DNA from: Oligoflexales bacterium
GTDB lineage: Bacteria > Bdellovibrionota_B > Oligoflexia > Oligoflexales > JAPPIL01
DNA: 64,000 nucleotides
Assembly: GCA_965215515.1 (NCBI GenBank)
Contig: OZ244057.1
Coordinates: forward strand, 32,001 to 96,000
Direction of reading: 5' to 3'
Every line of letters starts with the position of its first letter. The stretch's first letter is position 1. Both the position numbers and the translations under genes were made by a program. Under the pieces are notes generated by a model. It worked only from the letters and a program-made list of their open reading frames with translations. It searched no databases and was not told the origin of the DNA. This document shows positions 61,154-64,000 of the stretch, piece by piece.

Positions 61154-62559
61154 CAAATACCACCGACCAGCCCTCGCTGGCCTGCAAAAACCAGTGCCAA
61201 ACATCTATCTTCGGCACGGATGGGGTGCGAGGCAGAGCAAATGTCTACCCCATGTCGCCCGATCTCGTGCTGCGTCTAGGGCAGGCGATCGGCTACTACT
61301 TTCGTCGCCAAACCACCTCGCCGCGTATTCTGATCGGTAAAGACACACGCCTCAGCGGCTACATGCTCGAACAAAGCCTGTGTGCAGGGATGCTCAGCGT
61401 CGGTGCCGATGCTTTTTTTCTCGGCCCCTTACCCACGCCAGGCATCGCCTACCTAACCAGAGGGATGCGTGCTAGTGCGGGAATTGTGATCTCGGCATCA
61501 CACAACGCCTTCCACGATAACGGCATCAAAATTTTCAACCACGACGGCTACAAAATTCCCGATGCCGCGGAAGCTGCCCTCGATCGCATGGTGCACAGTG
61601 AAACTCTGACTAGCGAGTTGCCCGTGGCCGATAACATCGGTACGGCAAGGCGTATCGAGGATGCCATCGGGCAGTATGCGGTGTTTCTGAAAGAACAGTT
61701 TCCCAAACACCTAACCCTCGATGGCCTGCGTATCGTCATCGACTGTGCACATGGAGCAGCGTATCGGGTTGCACCGAAAGTTTTTCGTGAACTAGGGGCG
61801 GAGGTTTTTCTCATCGGAGATCAGCCCGACGGCCTGAACATCAACGACCGCTGCGGAGCACTATACCCCGAAGCTTTGCGCGCCGAGGTGTTGCTCTACA
61901 AGGCTGACCTCGGTATCGCCCTGGACGGCGACGGTGATCGTGTGTTGATGGTCGACGAGCGCGGGGAACGTATCGACGGCGATGTTATCATGGGAATATG
62001 TGCCCGCCACATGATCGCCGCGGGCCTGTTACCGCACAACACGGTGGTGGCGACGGTGCTGAGCAATGCAGGACTCGAACACGCCCTGGCCGCGGTAAAC
62101 GGGAAATTATTGCGGGTCAAGGTGGGTGACCGCTACGTTGTGGAGGCGATGCGGCAAGGCGGTTACAATTTTGGTGGCGAGCAGTCAGGGCATATTATTC
62201 ACCGCGGTTGTGCCACGACGGGCGATGGTATTCTCGCCGCGCTGAAAGTCATCGAGATCGCCCTCAGCCGCACACGTAAACTTTCGGAGTTGCGGCAAGA
62301 TATAGTCTTGTTGCCCCAAGTACAAAAAAACTTAACGGTGGTGCGTAAAGTTCCTCCTGCAGACTTGGTGGAATTCAGCAAACTGCTGCACGATACCCAG
62401 CGGCAGTTGCAGAAGCGCGGGAGAGTATTGTTTCGCTACTCAGGCACAGAAAACAAAGCACGTATTATGGTGGAGGGTGAAGATCACGATGAAATTGAAA
62501 AAATTGCCCTCAACCTCATCACCGTCATGCAAGCCGAGATGCGTAAATTATCGCCGTGA
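61150..62559 (+). CDS. glmM: Phosphoglucosamine mutase
   Basis: FGTDGVRG, ISASHN, DGDGDR, GGEQSGH and RYSGTE motifs. Confidence 0.95.
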   Translation: MTNTTDQPSLACKNQCQTSIFGTDGVRGRANVYPMSPDLVLRLGQAIGYYFRRQTTSPRILIGKDTRLSGYMLEQSLCAGMLSVGADAFFLGPLPTPGIAYLTRGMRASAGIVISASHNAFHDNGIKIFNHDGYKIPDAAEAALDRMVHSETLTSELPVADNIGTARRIEDAIGQYAVFLKEQFPKHLTLDGLRIVIDCAHGAAYRVAPKVFRELGAEVFLIGDQPDGLNINDRCGALYPEALRAEVLLYKADLGIALDGDGDRVLMVDERGERIDGDVIMGICARHMIAAGLLPHNTVVATVLSNAGLEHALAAVNGKLLRVKVGDRYVVEAMRQGGYNFGGEQSGHIIHRGCATTGDGILAALKVIEIALSRTRKLSELRQDIVLLPQVQKNLTVVRKVPPADLVEFSKLLHDTQRQLQKRGRVLFRYSGTENKARIMVEGEDHDEIEKIALNLITVMQAEMRKLSP

Positions 62560-62568
62560 GGTGAAACG

Positions 62569-63279
62569 ATGAAGCTGGGAGTCAACATCGACCATGTCGC
62601 CACCCTGCGTAACGCCCGCGGTGGTGTCTCCCCTGACCCTGTAGCCGCGGCACTGGTCGCGGAGAAGGCGGGGGCGGACAACATCACCTGCCATCTGCGG
62701 GAAGATCGCCGCCACATCAGAGATGCTGATGTGTGGAATTTACGTCGCCGCATTTCAGTGCCCCTCAATCTGGAAATGGCCGCAACCACTGCGATGTCAG
62801 CCATCGCCAGCGCGGTCATGCCACATACGGTAACCCTTGTGCCCGAAGGTCGACAGGAGTTGACCACCGAAGGCGGTTTGCGGGTTTTCGATCGGGAACT
62901 GCATGAGACAATCGCGACGTTACGGGGTAAAGGCATAGTCGTGTCGCTGTTCATCGATCCTGATATCGCTGCTGTCACGGCTGCGCACGAGGCGGGGGCG
63001 GATGCGGTCGAACTGCATGTCGGCAACATGTGTGCCGCGTTGCAGGCCAAATCCGCCTCACCTTCTGTGGTACTGGCACCTGCCATGGATGCCGCCCGTG
63101 CGGCGCATGCCGTGGGTTTAGCGGTGCATATCGGGCACGGGATAGATTATCAGGTTGCGGCACACTGTAGGTTGTTGCCTGCGGTTAGCGAAGCGGACAT
63201 CGGACATGCCATCATCGCCGAAGCGGTATTCGTCGGTCTGGATACCGCCGTGCGACGCATGAAAGAGCTGCTCGGGTAA
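62569..63279 (+). CDS. pdxJ: Pyridoxine 5'-phosphate synthase
   Basis: LGVNIDHVATLRNAR, HLREDRRHI and ELTTEGG motifs. Confidence 0.96.
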   Translation: MKLGVNIDHVATLRNARGGVSPDPVAAALVAEKAGADNITCHLREDRRHIRDADVWNLRRRISVPLNLEMAATTAMSAIASAVMPHTVTLVPEGRQELTTEGGLRVFDRELHETIATLRGKGIVVSLFIDPDIAAVTAAHEAGADAVELHVGNMCAALQAKSASPSVVLAPAMDAARAAHAVGLAVHIGHGIDYQVAAHCRLLPAVSEADIGHAIIAEAVFVGLDTAVRRMKELLG

Positions 63280-63302
63280 ATTTTTGTCGGCGTTGTGCAG
63301 AG

Positions 63303-63698
63303 CTACGACTTGTCTCGGATATGCTGGAGCACTTGTGCGATGACATGTTGTTCTTTAGCGTCGAGACCGACGAACGATCCTCCGACGCGGCATTTATCAG
63401 CGTTTACCCACCGACATTCGAGGTAGCATTCGAGTCGTCGCACGTCGCCGATACCTAGCGGGGTGAGATGTCCGATCATCCAGTATTTTTTCCCTGCGGT
63501 GATCCGAGGTGTGGTGATGAATTCCAGAAGCACCCCGCCGCTGCTGATGTCGAGCAGATGGCTGCTCTGGGTGAACAACGGTAGGTAGCGGAAGGGGCGC
63601 ACGTCGATGATCGTATGCGATAACAGGCGTTGATTGGTACGGGTTTGTGTGTCCTCCGCCTGTATTTCTCCTGTCGGGGCAACTGCTGCCTCGCGCAT
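63303..63698 (-). CDS. Stand-alone PilZ domain protein
   Basis: RxxxR (RTNQR) and DxSxGG (DISSGG) motifs; CRWV..GGSF. Confidence 0.8.
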   Translation of the reverse strand: MREAAVAPTGEIQAEDTQTRTNQRLLSHTIIDVRPFRYLPLFTQSSHLLDISSGGVLLEFITTPRITAGKKYWMIGHLTPLGIGDVRRLECYLECRWVNADKCRVGGSFVGLDAKEQHVIAQVLQHIRDKS

Positions 63699-63820
63699 AG
63701 TCCACTGCCTCCGTCGTACGTCTTCACCCTGTGCGTCGGCGAGGAGGTGGAAAACTTTAGCAAGACGTTGAATTTATTCTCCCAAGTGCGCTACCCTCAT
63801 TATGTTGCGAGGAGGGTAGA

Positions 63821-64000
63821 GTGCAGGTAGAGCAGATATACACGGACAGTCCGCTGCGCAATTTTTCCTACATCGTGCACGGTGGGGATGGGTATGCCTA
63901 TGTTATCGATCCGTATGACAGTCAGCAGATCGTCGCGGCCTTGACAAGCAAGCGACTGCGAGCGCGGGCGATTATCAACACGCACGAACACTGGGATCAT
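63821..64000 (+). CDS. MBL-fold hydrolase (glyoxalase II-like), runs off window
   Basis: GGAGG RBS; VQVEQIYTDSPLRNFSYIV..VIDP..IINTHEHWDH (THxHxDH). Not in the supplied ORF track. Confidence 0.85.
   Translation, partial: MQVEQIYTDSPLRNFSYIVHGGDGYAYVIDPYDSQQIVAALTSKRLRARAIINTHEHWDH

Overview
Bacterial chromosomal segment, probably Bdellovibrionota/Myxococcota-like. This placement is inferred from a contiguous Agl-Glt gliding-motor operon, a RomR-like regulator, a DUF6178-like gene and the folP-cdaA-cdaR-glmM-pdxJ order. The first ~4.3 kb is an AT-richer defence/mobile island: a 5'-truncated ThsB-like TIR gene coupled to a small multi-TM protein, an AbiEi/AbiEii type IV TA pair, a truncated IS3-family (IS2-group) element, an Rpn-like nuclease fragment and a recombinase fragment. 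The rest is mostly housekeeping and envelope genes (ispB-like, truB, pta, galE-like, LPS glycosyltransferases, surA-like, CPA2 antiporter, tatA, mlaEFD, dsbD, rplX, icd, lolC/E-like, hemB, glmS, atpHAGDC, folP, cdaA, cdaR, glmM, pdxJ). The best candidate for an undescribed system is a tightly packed trio of large Glu5-less type IV pilin-like proteins (42.2-46.6 kb). Each carries Cys-bounded repeats and a short collagen-like Gly-X-Y stretch, and a short paralogue lies next to the romR-like gene. Other highlights are four copies of one IS terminal repeat (975-, 2690+, 42129-, 53635+), an Rpn gene with a likely internal antitoxin start, and an orphan rplX. All family calls come from motif recognition by eye; no searches were run.
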